Source: Lama glama (lineage: Eukaryota). From it: 64,000 nucleotides of DNA. The stretch lies in contig CM052817.1 in assembly GCA_028534125.1 (NCBI GenBank), forward strand, positions 80,602,001 to 80,666,000. Reading direction: 5' to 3'. Positions 1 through 13,066 of this stretch are shown piece after piece. Numbering within the stretch: position 1 is the stretch's first letter; every line of letters starts with the position of its first letter. The notes beneath the pieces were generated by a model. That model saw only the letters and a program-made list of their open reading frames with translations, made no database searches and was not told the origin of the DNA. The position numbers and the translations under genes are program-made.

Positions 1-1479
1 GTAGGGAAACTTCATTAAAGTGCAATTGGTTTATTCAAAAAAAATCTTAAAAGTTAAAGGATATGCTCTTCCCCCGGGTAACTAAATTTCCTGGGTGGTG
101 GTGGTGTTTAAATAAAGAGATTGGATAACTCACTTGGCTCTTCAAAACTATTTTATTTTTCCTGTCATTTGAATTCCAGGTTAAGACAGTTGAATTCTTT
201 TAAGTAAGGAGGAGACTAATGTCTGAGTGAAACACTGATAAAATGTACTGCATATTTCTGACTGTGCTTGGGACCACGGTGACCAAGAGTGGTGAGGCTG
301 TGAGTTTCTGGTATTCGGAGGCAGTGGTAACTTGATTCTTCATTCTTGAAAGTGTCAGGATCTAGTGAAGAAGAGGCTGTTGTGTAGGAAAGGTGTGATC
401 GCAGCTCAGTTCTAAGATGTAAGACGCACACAGTGAGCCTCTGAGTGCATCCACCACAGCTGATGGTGGCCCTTTTTAACTTCAGGCATGGGAATTTATT
501 TGAGGTAATTATTTATTTTATTTTTTCTGGCATGGAAATTTGCGTTATAAAATAATATTTATTAGCAAAATCAGTTGCTCGATGTCAACTGAGGGTTTAA
601 AAATGAATTAAGCTTGTAATATTTCTTGGAGCTATTTTGTGCTGTAGCCCTAAACACTGAGAACTTAAGCCTTTAAGAAGGTTCTACTTGATACAACGAA
701 GCAGCATCCAGTGCTAGTGTCAGCATCATTTCTAGAAATCCTTTTAAAACATCTATAGCAACTATTTATTGATGTTATTATAAGAAATGATAAAATGCAT
801 AGGAAAACACTATTTACAATGGATATTTGCTTAATATTCAGTACATATAAACCTGAACTCAATCTTCAGCACATGAGCTGTAGTATCTGCCAGGATGGGT
901 GTGTGTCTCCCATTGGAAGACTGTCTTTCCCAGGCATCACTTCCTTGGAAATAGGCTTTGTTTGTGATCACACGGCTGTTGGATTAGACATGAGTCACAT
1001 TTGATATGCTGTGACCACCATCCTTCTAAAGGGTTCTCTGCCCAGCTTCAGGTGTATCAGTGTTGGGAAAGGAAGTGGTAGTAACAAGTTATCATAAATA
1101 CAGGAGAGAGATCGTTTGTCTCAATGAATAGCTGAAGGAAGCTGCAGGACTTCTAGTCTCTTCTCCTAGATCCTCATTCTGCTCGTGATGGTTAATACTT
1201 GTGGAAGATCTTCTTAGCTAGGGAAAGGCTTAATGACGTTTCATACTTCTTAATTCAGTTCTTTCTGTGTCACCAAGGAGCCACTTTCCTGTGTTGTCTA
1301 AACTTTGTAATTTTTAAAGTAGAGATACTAAAATATGTTGAGAAAATGAGTAGACGTTTGCAAAGTAGTTGAGCTAATTCAAGATTTAGAAAACCATGCT
1401 GTGGGTTCTCAGGGAATATTAAACAGCATTGGCTATGTACCTCCATCTAGTTAGGAATGCTGATGGAAGAAACTCAGAT

Positions 1480-1650
1480 TTATTGGTTGTCTGCTATGAA
1501 CCAGACACCTTGCAAGGTCCTTATATGTCCTAGCATGTTTAATCCCTTGCGGTGGTATTACTAGCTCTATTTTAAAGATGAAGTAACTGAGATTTTTAAA
1601 GGTTTAACCAAATTTCCTAAGGTCACACAGGTAGTAAGTGGCCAGCCAAT
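1480..1650 (-). mobile_element. MIR SINE fragment
   Basis: 'attttaaagatgaagtaactgag...aaggtcacacaggtagtaagtggc' matches the reverse complement of the MIR core. Confidence 0.8.
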
Positions 1651-2369
1651 CTTTCATGAAAACTCATGTCTACAGTCTGTTTCTTTAGAATTCCTAGGTC
1701 TTTGCTGCTAGACAGAAAGATAGTCTTTGGCAAATCTACAGTATTAGATATTTAAGCAAATTCCCCATGAGTGCAATTATAAAGCAGCATTCTACGTGAC
1801 ACAGATATTATATACGTACTCATTACCATCAGCCTCTCCTCTATCAAGCAGCCAGCCTGGTCCTGGGAGTCTTCCTTCATGAAATGTATTAGATTGATCT
1901 TCTGTTGATTGCAAAAGCTAAAATGCTATTCAGGCTCTGAAAACAGCATTTGAATAGTTAACTGGTCCCTGTTGATGCTGGTCCTTGTTGAGAAGTATGA
2001 CTAAATTAATATACTGAACCACCATTTCCGTTGTCATCCAGTGTCTGCCAGTTTCCTGCAGGCAAGTCAGAACGTGGAAGGATTTATCTAGTCTGTCTCT
2101 AAACTACTTTTTAAAGAATCCCCTACCACCTCTCCTATACCTGGACTTGGGTCCGGTGTTGCCAGATGGTCTCCCCACGTCTCTAACTGTGCTCCTGACT
2201 GTTCACTGCTTAATAAGCATGACCCCTCCGAGTCCAGTTAAGGTCGAAGTACCGCTATTAGCCCCGAGGTCAAGACATCGTTTCCACTTAGGTGACCTCT
2301 TGTTAAACCAGTTGTTTGGCCATAGCTACTTACTGCCAGGTATAAGGAAGAGAACAGGGTTGGATATGA

Positions 2370-2572
2370 CCCTTTTACTTACTGTCTGTGTGACCTTTGG
2401 CAGGTCACTTCATAATACGACTTAGTCTCCTTGAATATAACGTGGGTTATGGTATGGAACTGTCCCCATTTGACCTACCAAGGGTGGGCTTCTTTTCTTC
2501 TTTGCAGCTCAGTTCCTGAAGTTGTAAAATAGAGATAAGAAGTATAACTGATAGAATTGGTGTCACCATTAA
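2370..2572 (+). mobile_element. MIR fragments
   Basis: 'acttactgtctgtgtgacctttggcaggtcactt' and 'ctcagttcctgaagttgtaaaatagagataa' are MIR-core-like. Confidence 0.6.
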
Positions 2573-2573
2573 C

Positions 2574-2977
2574 TGTGACTGATTAGGATGAGTTAGGTTA
2601 CGTTGCTGGATAATCAAACCCAAATCTCACTGTATTAACACCACAACGTTCTTGCCCACACACCATATCCTTCTCAGCCTGGCAGGAACTCTGCTCTGCG
2701 ATGCTCCTATTCAGGGACCCTGGTTGCCGGAGCCTTAACTAGCTGGGATAATACTAACGCAGTCACTGTGGCGGGAGGGAGAGGATGGAGTGAACTGTGT
2801 GCCGGTTCTTGAAGCTGCTGCTTGGCAGTGGTGCACATCACTCCCCCTCACGTTTCATCAGCCAAAGCAAGTCTCATGCCACAGCTTACCTCAAAGGGGC
2901 AGAGAAGAGTGATCCCCCAAGTGCTCAGAAGCACGAGGCCCGGAATCGTCAGGGAGTGGCCCTGACGATGGTCACAG
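2574..2977 (-). mobile_element. MaLR solo LTR (MLT1H/I/J-like)
   Basis: TG...CA ends; 'taggttacgttgctggataatcaaacccaaatctca' and 'cacgtttcatcagccaaagcaagtctcatgcca' are typical of reverse-strand MLT1. Confidence 0.75.
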
Positions 2978-4699
2978 TTTGTGTCATTGGGCCATTTTCT
3001 TGTGGTACATTTCAAGCTTTATGAGTCCTACAACGTAGGCTCCTTGGAGTGAGAATGAAGGCTGGATCCCCTGCCCTCCTGGCCCCACGGTGATCAGCAT
3101 AGATCTTCAGGACACGTTTTACTGAATGGATGATTGGAGGACTCCTCTGAATGGCTTTTCCTCTGATGCTAGGTTCTAAGTCCCAGGATTTACTTTAGTT
3201 TTCAGAAGAGTCTCAGGAAGAATTTACAAAATGCAAAACCAACATGAGGTCTTCGAAAGGCCTTACCAACTCCTGCCATCTTTTCCTCTTGAGCCCATGT
3301 GGAAATGTCCACTGTGGGCTTGGTGGCGTTAAGGGAAGTGCTCCTTTATAGCTTCAGTTTCCTTCTCTAAAGGCCCATAGACAAAGGCCAGTGTTAATTA
3401 CCCACTAGTCTTAAGCAGCAGTACGTTTCATAGATCAGGAAGAGGTGAGTCTATCATGTCAGGACTCAGGCATACTCAGCTTTGAGAACGTACCCGAAGG
3501 CAACTTATCTGCACCTGCGGGAAGGGCTGGAGAAGCTCCTTGGTGCTGAGCGATGAAATTTTCAATTGAAGATCACCTGTTGAATAGTCTGAAATCGTAT
3601 TACCAACCTTTTATTTGCTCTTTCTTTTCTAATTATGTAAGACATTTGTATTTGTTATGGAAAAGTTAGCAAATACAAATGGACAAAAAGGAAAAAAAAA
3701 CTCCATAAAAGGGACAATTAACCAAAAGAAAAACATCTTATTTCTCATCTTGAGTTAATATCTTTTAAACAAAACACCATATACTCTTTCATTGCTGTAG
3801 TGAATGTTTCTTACAACACTGATCAATTAACATACTGTGTTATAGTTTCTGTCACTACACTGTAAATTTACAGACAGTAAATTTACATCATAAGCTTGGC
3901 CTGATGTTTTCAAAGAAATTCCTTTTTATTAAACAAATTTTAAACAATACATAACAACTGTCTTTCTCTGACTTAGAATTACAAATCCCAGATGCAAGCA
4001 TGGCTTTTTAAAAGTCACAAAAACAATCTTTAAGTAAACAAAATGTAAGTGGGTCCCAAGGAAGCAGTTCCATGAGTCTCTGGCTTGATGTGCACCAGGG
4101 ATGAGAGAGGTATTAGGACAAATCGAGACGTTCTGTAAGAAATGGGCAAAGGGGAGTCTCCTCTCTTGTTGGGGCCCTCAACAGGGTGCCGGGGTTGGAA
4201 AGTGAGTAACTTTCCTGCTGTCTGAGCTATTCGAGGAGCCTGAGAAATGGGAGTCCGTGTTCCAGGCATCCATGGCTTTCGGTGCATTTGGTCAGGGACC
4301 AGAAGCTGTAAGTCAGAGAGCTGGCTGGTGGCAGGGAGAAGGAGGTGCCTGCGGGCTTTCCCTCTGATCTGACCCCCCGATGCTCTCCTCCACTTGACCA
4401 CCCTTGAGTGAGAACGTCAGTGGGTAAATGGTGTGATCTCTTTGGGGGACTGACTCAATCTGGAGACGCTCTGCTCTCTCAGGGCCTCTTTCCTCCCATA
4501 GGCAAGTGGGGACTATTTACCGGCTTCCGTGTCTCTGTGGATGTCTTAGAGAGGATATGGTTGTGGGCTGGGCTCGGGGTACCCAGTCTCACTAAATAGA
4601 TAGCACAACTTGAGACTGAGCAAATGAACACAGAAATGGTATATGACAAGGAATGACAGTCCCAACCGAGGGACCTGGGTAAGATGACAACCAGTCTTT

Positions 4700-4830
4700 G
4701 TTTAATGCATTACAAGATAGTGTCATTATTACTCTTGTTATTAACTCCATCTTACAGACGAGGACATGAGGCAAGCAGAGTTGAAGAGTCTTGCCCCAAA
4801 TTACATGAAAATGATGTTGAAGTTTCCTTG
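4700..4830 (-). mobile_element. MIR fragment
   Basis: 'ccatcttacagacgaggacatgaggc...gagtcttgccccaaattaca'. Confidence 0.65.
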
Positions 4831-7398
4831 GAGCTCAAGAGCACATGGTGACTGATCTGCATTTTCTTTCCTGTAAATGCAAATAATGCTATTTCCTGCC
4901 TTTCTCTCCTCCAAGCCTTCTGTTTTCACCTCCACACCCTTCGTCTCCCCATGGTCTTGTGAATATGCCCTGAATGTTAGTATCTGGGCTCCTTTGCTCA
5001 TATCTTCTCCCTTCCCAGTCTCACTCCTCTTTACCTGCTTAAATTCTATGTTTTTCTCAGCCTCCCTGGGTCCATCCAGCCCACAGAGATCTCTGGTACC
5101 GAAAAAACTGCTCTGGTATTAGCTGTAGCCCTTCCTGAGGGCTTACCGAGTGCCTGGTGGTGGAGGTTATCTTTGTATAGGTTTATGTGTTAAACCTGTC
5201 TACACTGTAAATTCCTACAAGGCAGAAAGAACAACCTTGCGTATAGCAAGCTTCAATGAACACTGGAGCTTTATCTCACACTTTATAATGTACTTTTCCT
5301 CCTGTATAAATATACGTAGGGTACTGTAGATTCCATAACCTCTGGGAGGAATGGTCATATGATTAACATCATTACTCATATTGACATAGTCCATGCGGAA
5401 AGCAATCAGGGGAGACGCTACATTGAGAATCTGAGGCTTGGGAAATATTTATCCTAGCTTCACGTTATTTAGTATTTCTTAAATAACTGAGAAGGATTTA
5501 TGGATTTAATGGCATTTAACCAAGCTTAAAACTCCTGTGCACTTTATTTTGTGCCATGAGCTTAAGCATCAGAAAATCGAAATCACGGGCCAGAAAACCG
5601 AGCAACGCATACTGTTCGATTTCCTCGAAGTCGGGCCTCTCCCCTGGAGTCGAGCTCCTGTTGAATGCGAATTCTCCGTCCATTTCATCAAAGCCTTCTC
5701 CAATCCTTTTTCAGAGTCAAAAATAAAGATCTGAATAAAACCCAACACCCTTAGCACAAAAGGAAAATAAGGCCCAGTGACTTTAAGGCACATGCATTCT
5801 GCATATGTTTCCTCCAAGGATGCAGGGTCTCGGGTCTTAGAGGACTTAAGCCTGAAGTTTGCAACTTTGATAATAAAGGCTGTTTTGTGTTGCAACAGCA
5901 TCTGATGTTTAAAGATTAATCTACCCCTAAATCCATCCCGAGGAGAGCCCAGATGTGGCAAATAGAGATGATTCAACCAACTTGATGGGGAAGGATTGGA
6001 ATTTTGCCTCAAATTGTACCCTTCGGAGACCAGAATCTCCAGTTTGGCAACAACACTGATAAAAATAAGGGAATAATTTCTAAATCTCCATTTCCCTTTG
6101 GTTTGTGAAGACAGTCGTAATAGTAATTAATTGCCTGCAAGCAGACGGTTAAAAGATGCTGTGAACGCTTGCGTTAATGGATGCTGGGCAGCGCGAGGTA
6201 GGAGCGGAGCCTGGAAATACAACACAGATAGAGGATATTTTTCTGAAGGATACAAAGCTGGTTTGGGGGCCTTCTTCCTTCAGAACATACCAGTTCACAG
6301 GATAATCATAATCGCTGCCATTTACATTTACATAGTGCTTTTACCACTTGCTTTCACAGATTTTTATTCCCACTTGATCAGAGGGTGTCTGCTTTGGGCT
6401 GAGTGCCTAGTCTTGAAGCAAATCATTTATTCTATGAGAATTTAAACAGGTCTTTTGGATGAAAAGTGCATTACATATTTATGAGCACTGATTTCAGGAA
6501 TCACTTGCAAAGAACTATTGATGTTGCTTTAGATTAGAAATCGGAATGTAATCGCATTTGATTCATTCTTGGTTTTCTTTTCCAAAGGTTTCAAGTCATG
6601 TTTCTAAATCCCTCAGGGTCCATTTCCTCCTTGTAAGAGGAAAAACGTTTAGATGCAGGTCAGGAGTTTACTAACTTTCTGCCACAATTCTCAGTATAGT
6701 GGGAAGATCAATTTTCTGAAATTAAAATGGCAGCCCCTTTTGCGAAGCAATAATAACGGTGAAGAGAATGATGATAATAAAATGTATGGGTTCTAATTCA
6801 GTCCAGCAGGAGAGAGGAGATTATAGTCTGCTAAAACAAAGTCCTTTGATGTCTACTGTGAAGAGGGGTCCCAGAAACGGTTCTCACTTTTAAAATACAG
6901 TATTGCTTGAATGTCCCTGATTATTTTTTTTTCATCTAGAAGTTGTTTATGAGGGTTACTGCCATTAAACCAGTTGCTTCCTGCATGATCAAATCCCCAA
7001 GAATCTAGGAGAAAAGACAATTGCATGTCACTGAAGTTATTTTTTGAGGTCCTGGGAAAAGAAAGAAAAAAATAGGATAATCATTGCTTACTGATCACTG
7101 TAGTTCAACTTCACTGAAAGATTTTGCTTTTTAAAATTAAAAATAAAATTACTAGGGGAAGGCTTATTTTTCCTCTTTAAACAATCAAGGGGAAGAAAAG
7201 AAAAAAAAAAAAAACAGAAACGAAAGCAGGGGCAGCTTTGCAAGGCTACTGGTGCCTGAGTAGAATTGCTAACTGGTTCCCTCTCTCTGTGTTGGGCTGT
7301 CTGTATTCACTGTATCACAAGCTTGAAGCCAGACCTCATTTGACTGAGCCAAAAAATGGTCCTTTTGTTGCTGTTTTTCCCCCTAGTGTCATCTCTCA

Positions 7399-7416
7399 TG
7401 GTTGCCTGGGCAACCA
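7399..7416. promoter_or_regulatory. RFX X-box palindrome
   Basis: tggttgcc-tg-ggcaacca has perfect 8-bp arms; core GTTGCCTGGGCAAC fits GTNRCC(N0-3)RGYAAC. Confidence 0.5.
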
Positions 7417-8399
7417 GTGTGTATCCTTTCAGCATAGGTTACTGGGCCCCAGGAAGGAAGTGCTCCAGCGCTGGCCTGCTATTTTTATAGAACCGTTACA
7501 TAATACAATCTATTAAAGCTTCCTCTTGGTGTTTTATTGCACAAAGGGGAAATTAAGTTTGATGACTCCTAAATGTTGGATGGAGGATGTCAGGTGACTT
7601 GGATTGTTTGGCTCAGGCCACATAGCAACAATATTCCTATATGCAGTTCAAGGAGAACCGATATACAATCATGCCCTTGGCAGTGATTGCTTGCCTGCTG
7701 ATCACTGGAGGAAACTGAGCCCTCAGTTGCTCAAGGGTGCAAGTTTTGTCCAAGTGCACAATGCTCCCTCTCTGGTAGGACGGCAGCGGACAATGGAACA
7801 CTATTCACAGCTGAGGGCAAAGGAAATTTTAAAGGTGTAGCACATATGCTTTTAATAGGCAGGATGATTACTGGAAAAGAGAATTGGATTGAAAGAGAGG
7901 ACCGGGATTCTTTCCCCAGAACTGTCTCTTAAGCATCGCATGAATGCTTTGCACGCTGCCGTCACGCCTTAGTCAGATGTGCCTCTGGGTGACTCTGAAG
8001 TGGTCCCAGGCAGGGAGGCATCAGGAGAGGGAAGGCGGGGTAGTGAGCTGGCCTTCCAGAGGACAGCCCCGAAGGCCGCAGAGCCCTTTTACAGCTTGTA
8101 GTGCGACTTCAAGCATTCTCCACTTGCTACAGAACCAATAGGGTGTGCAAGTTTTTCGTTCTTATTTTCCCCTACTTACTTATGGGTTACAGTTTGCCAC
8201 TAGTCTGGATTAAAGAAGATGCAAGTGTACAGTGGGATCAGAAGATCTGTCCTGGAGCAGAAATGAACCCTTGAACCCTCAGAAGAGATTTGTGACCGCA
8301 AGTGACCTGAGATTGGGGTTTAGCGCTAGAGAGGGTCTGAGCTGGCCACTCTCTCCTTTCCCTTCACCCTCTCCCTCTGCTGCTTTATTCACTCCCATC

Positions 8400-9150
8400 A
8401 CATCATGTCAACAAAAACTCGAGGCCTCTGACTCTTAACATCTGTGTCCCAAGCCTGCTTTTCTTCCAGGCTGACCTGTCCTGTGTTCCCAGCTGCCTGA
8501 TGGAGATCTTTTCCTGGATGCCTCACTTTACCCCAGGCTCCACATACTTAACATGAAACACATTTCTTTTGTTTCCCCACCCGGGACCCTTGCAGACCGC
8601 CTGGTTTCATGAAGAGCTGATTTCAGAGAATGTTAAATGTTGTGGATCATCTGGTCCATCTTTACATTAATTAGATGAAGAAGATGAGGCTGAAGAGGTT
8701 AAGTTCAAGGTCACCCAGAGAGCTGAGAACAGAGGGAAGACCTCTTTGTGATGGGCCACATTCCATTCCGCGCACACTTGATGTCCCTAGGAATTTTGAG
8801 CCCCCCTCCCTCATGTGGTCATATCAACCCTTCTTTCATGATCTCTCATAATCTAATCTTTGTCTCTTATTTCCACTCCTGCCGCAGTAACTGAGGTCTA
8901 ATTTGCCTCAAACTTAGATGACTTTAGTTTCCTAGTTGGTTGCTGCCTTGGACCTCTACCTCTTGAGTCAATATCATATTCAACCTCTGCAAAAACTTCA
9001 CAACTTTATCATGTCACTTTATTATGCAAACACATTTGCTGGCTTATATTCAAGCCTGAATTTAACTCTCCATAATCTGACCCTCCCACTGCCCACGTGC
9101 CTTTCTCGCTTTATCATCCATCCCAATCAGTGGCCCTCTGTTCACCAAGG
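8400..9150 (+). mobile_element. L2 LINE fragment interrupted by a MIR-family SINE (~8620-8740, minus)
   Basis: L2-like 'cagctgcctgatggagatcttttcctggatgcctca' and 'ctccataatctgaccc'; MIR-like 'agatgaagaagatgaggctgaagaggttaagttcaaggtcaccca'. Confidence 0.6.
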
Positions 9151-9339
9151 TTTTTTAATTTGCCTTCCTTTCCCCCCCCACAGGTCAGAGATTCATGGAC
9201 TGCTTTCCTTTTTTGATGTTATTGCTTCAGACAAGATGATTTCTGATGAAATATTCCCAATCCTATTCTCTAGGGCTTCCAGGAAATTGAAAATGATATG
9301 GAGTGGATAGAATCGTAATGAATATATTGTTCAAAACTT

Positions 9340-9790
9340 CAGTCACTCATTCAGAACATTCCGTTATGCTCAGGCAGTAACCAAGAAAGATATGGCCCGT
9401 GCTGTGGGGGAGCTTACTGAGTGCAGAAGGCAGGCGTTACATAAAAATTACATAGCCATTAAATATATGATTATACAAAGAACTAATTCATCACAAATGT
9501 TTTGAGGGCTCAGAAACCTAAGTGAGAGTGTGTGACTGGCGTGGAGTGGAGGTGCGGGCAGGACAGCCTGGGATTTAATACAGACCGAGAGGCAGAGGAG
9601 AATTTCCTGGAGAAGTGACATTTACACCAGAACAAGAAAGACAAGAGAGCTTGAAGAAGCATAGGGAGTGGTAAGAGGGAAAGAAGGGTCTATCCAGGCT
9701 GAGGAAACAGGGTGTGAAAACCTGGAGGAAGCCAGGATCTAGAAGTTTTGTAGCACCTGAGAGAAAAGGCTGGAATGCTGGGCCCTGAGG
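9340..9790 (-). mobile_element. L2 3' region
   Basis: 'cactcattca...ggagcttactgagtg...ggagaagtgacattta...tccaggctgaggaaacagggtgtgaaaacctggagg'. Confidence 0.6.
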
Positions 9791-10801
9791 CTCGGGGGGA
9801 AATTATACTGCAGAGACGAAAAGTTTTGAAAAGTTCCCCGTGATAGCACCCCGTCTCTTTGTGGGCTTTATAATAAGTCAAATGCTTTTATTTTAGGGGG
9901 ACCCTCTATGTGGCAAAATTCCTTCTCAGAGAAGTACACAAGTAATTGTGTATCAATAACAGTGTTTCTTTGTTTTAAAGATACAGTGATTCAGGAGATT
10001 GGGGATTGCGTTCAGCTTTCCTCAAAGCACTGGCCTCTGCAGTAAACTTACATTTATTATGGTCTCTTATCCTAGGAATTTGACCTTATTTTTCCCATGG
10101 GAAGAAGTTTCTTTCAAAGTGTAAACTCAATTTCAGTAAATAGCTGGTTCGCTCTGGAACAGTGGACTAAGGGAATTTCTGATTGTTTAACTTACATTCA
10201 TTAAAAATAAGAAAACATGGCCCCTTAGATAAGGTGATGAGAGCAATCTTCTATTTCTATAAATTCAATTGAGTAATAGAAGGAAGAATAAGATGCAGGA
10301 AAGGTAGAGCTGTAAAACTTGATGATATAATTTAAAATTCTTTTTCTTAAAAACTTTGACCTAAAAAAGTTAACTCTGTATGGAAGGGGAAAAGAATAGA
10401 GCTGGAATGTTGTACGTGACTCTGTTCTATTAATGTAAACAGGAAGGATGGAGAACATTTTTATTTTCTCTTTCCCTTTGGCAAGCTCTCAGCGCAGCTT
10501 CCTACGGGTGGAAATGGGCAATAAATAGCAGGGTATCCAGTGACCTCTTTCTAGGCCTCCTGGTTACGAGTATTGGCAAGAACCTCACTCCCATTTTCTT
10601 TCTTCTTATTTTTAGAGTGTGGATTTTTTTCTTTCTCAGGGTTGAGGGTAAGGCAAGGCCCTGTCATTATCAGGGAGTGAGGTGAACCACAGAGACTGGT
10701 TTCCCAAGAATCTGCGCCCAGCTGCCAACCCGTTGGGTCAGAGTCATCATCTTTAGTACCGCGGGTGGTTTTCCTGTGAAAGTGAGACTTCCTTTAAATT
10801 A

Positions 10802-10856
10802 ACACACACATGCGCGCGCGCGCACACACACACGCACACACACACACACACACACG
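10802..10856. repeat. Compound (CA)n/(CG)n microsatellite, uninterrupted purine-pyrimidine alternation
   Basis: Read directly: an (AC)4 run, then tgcgcgcgcgcg, then a long (CA)n run ending cacacg. Confidence 0.95.
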
Positions 10857-12519
10857 GAGTGGTATGCATCCCCTACATCCCTCCGTTAACTTGAAAAAAA
10901 TACACGTCTTGTCCTTATTCTCTTTTGCGAATAATTCCCTCTGAGTTGAACTGTAAGCAAATACTAAGCACTGTTTGAAGATGAGAAATCATTACATTTT
11001 TTTTTTCCTCCTGGTTTATGGTGATCCATCAAACACTTTTCTGTGGCTTTGACTACGGGACAGGATTTCCCCTTCTATTAATGAGAAGGAAAATTAATCT
11101 GTGGTTTTAAAAAGGCTTTGGAATTTTGGAAAGAGAAATTTTTGCAATATTGGATGTTTTGGCCAGACTAAGCTATTTAGGGGGCTGAAGGGGGAGAAAC
11201 AACAAGAAGAATAAGAGTTTCCTAGTTGATGACAATCTACCTTTAACATTTTTTTAGGTGTAATCAAGTTACATGTAAATACAGTGTTGTTATAAGGATA
11301 CACCAAAAATAAGACAGTGTTACAATTCTTTGTTCTTGCTGAGAGAAAAGAGAACTTTATCTTTGTGGGGCACTTCTCCGTTTAGAGGAGGTCCTCTGTC
11401 TTTAGGCAAACTGGGCAGAATCCACTCGTCCACTTTTTTTTTTTTTCAAATTAAAATGCATTGGTCCTTTTTCAGTGACTTTGGATCGTGTAACTAAGTG
11501 TGCTGCTGCAGAGCCTGGCTACTTGAGCCTGATTATTCTGATCTGGCTGGAGGGCCACTGCTTCCTCAATTTTGTCTCCTGGGTACTGTTTCAGTCTTCT
11601 GAGGTACTGGAACATCATTTGAGAAGCAACAGTAGAGAGCTGTGAAATAATTAAATACTTGATATTTTGATGAGTCTGAGGGTGAGGAATCCTTTTTCCT
11701 GTTCAGGTATGAACACGATCGTTTTACATGGGGGTGACAGGATATTCTACCTCTGCCTTCTGCTGGCTGGGAGATGTACTTTAATGGGTGTCTGGTATCA
11801 TGTTTTATAATACCACCATCATTTGAGTCTGTCATGTTTTAAAAATACATGCTCTTTCTAAGGGAAAGTATAAAGTTGCATCACTGAATTCGTATGATAG
11901 TTTGGGGACAAGGCCCTCGAACTTCCTGTGAGTTGCAGTTGTATTTCTTCTGTGATTGCCTCACTCTTGAGAGTATGTAAGGTGACTCTACGTACCTTCT
12001 CCCTGGCTACTTCTTTGTAGGCTGCTTGTTGAGACAAACAAGTGAAAGACAATTTTATAGAGTTTTTGCTTTCTTGTCTGTTGGTAGCATTAAGAGTTGT
12101 CTGAGATTGACAACAAAGTCTAAGACCAGCAACCAGTTCTCCAAAGCCTCAGCCTTTTACAATCCCCTTTCAGGTTTACAAATAAGATTACCAGTGCTTT
12201 GGGGCATTAGCTAGAGAAGAGGAGGAAGAATTTTAACTACCGTTAATTTCATTATCGGGAATAGATCTAAAGTCCAGAAGTTCAGGCTGGACGTTACTTT
12301 AAAAGTCTCATTCTATTTCTTACTATACAGCTAAGGACATGGGAAAGTGAAGTGCCTCAGAAAAAGCCACAAGGTCCTTACGGATGCCTGATGGTAGGCT
12401 AGCTGTCGTTTTAGAACCCGCGTTGTAATATAGTGACCGCTGCCATGTGCAATCTTACAGAAGCGTGGCACTTGGCCAGGTATGTTACATGCATAATGGC
12501 TTTGAGAGAGGACAAGCTT

Positions 12520-12678
12520 GACTCCTTGTACTCATGGTAACCTCCTTAAGCCTAATGTTTTTAAATCTGTAAAACGGCGATAATAGTAGTCTCCACCTCT
12601 GATGGAGATTAAATCAGATAATCTACATAAAAATGTGGCCCATAGTAAGCACCCTGTAAATGTTAGTTATTATTATTA
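12520..12678 (+). mobile_element. MIR 3' half
   Basis: 'atctgtaaaacggcgataatagta...catagtaagcaccctgtaaatgttagttattattatt'. Confidence 0.8.
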
Positions 12679-12767
12679 GGCTCAATGTCATTAATCATTT
12701 AAAATATTTTTAAAGCATTATGTTATAAATTCTAACTATCAAATCTAGTAACCTATTATAAGATTAT

Positions 12768-12875
12768 CTCATTCATCTAATGTGCTTATTAAATGTTTAC
12801 TGTGTGCAGGACACTGTGTGGGTCTTTTGTAAAATAGAAATGTAAGTAAGAAATAATCCCTGCCCTTTAAGGATC
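12768..12875 (-). mobile_element. L2 3' end
   Basis: 'cattcatc...ttattaaatgtttactgtgtgcaggacactgtg...ccctgccctttaaggatcta'. Confidence 0.7.
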
Positions 12876-13066
12876 TACGTGTATGTGTGTCTGTATGTAT
12901 ATGTACTGTGTTTATGTGTGCATGTGTATACATGTGCATGTGTGTATACGTATGTGTACATGTGTACATGTGTGCATGTGTATGCGTGCATGTGTATATG
13001 GTGTGTATATGTGCATGTACACATGTGTATATGTGTGTATGTGTGTGTATATGTGTGTGCATGCAT
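12876..13066. repeat. Degenerate (TG/TA/CA)n simple repeat, ~190 bp
   Basis: Read directly; source of the C/V/Y/M- and H/T-rich ORFs in the track. Confidence 0.95.

Noticed and set aside
5569..6012. Longest ORF in the track (147 aa, minus strand)
   Set aside because: Non-ATG start, no recognisable domain, and a length expected by chance in 64 kb
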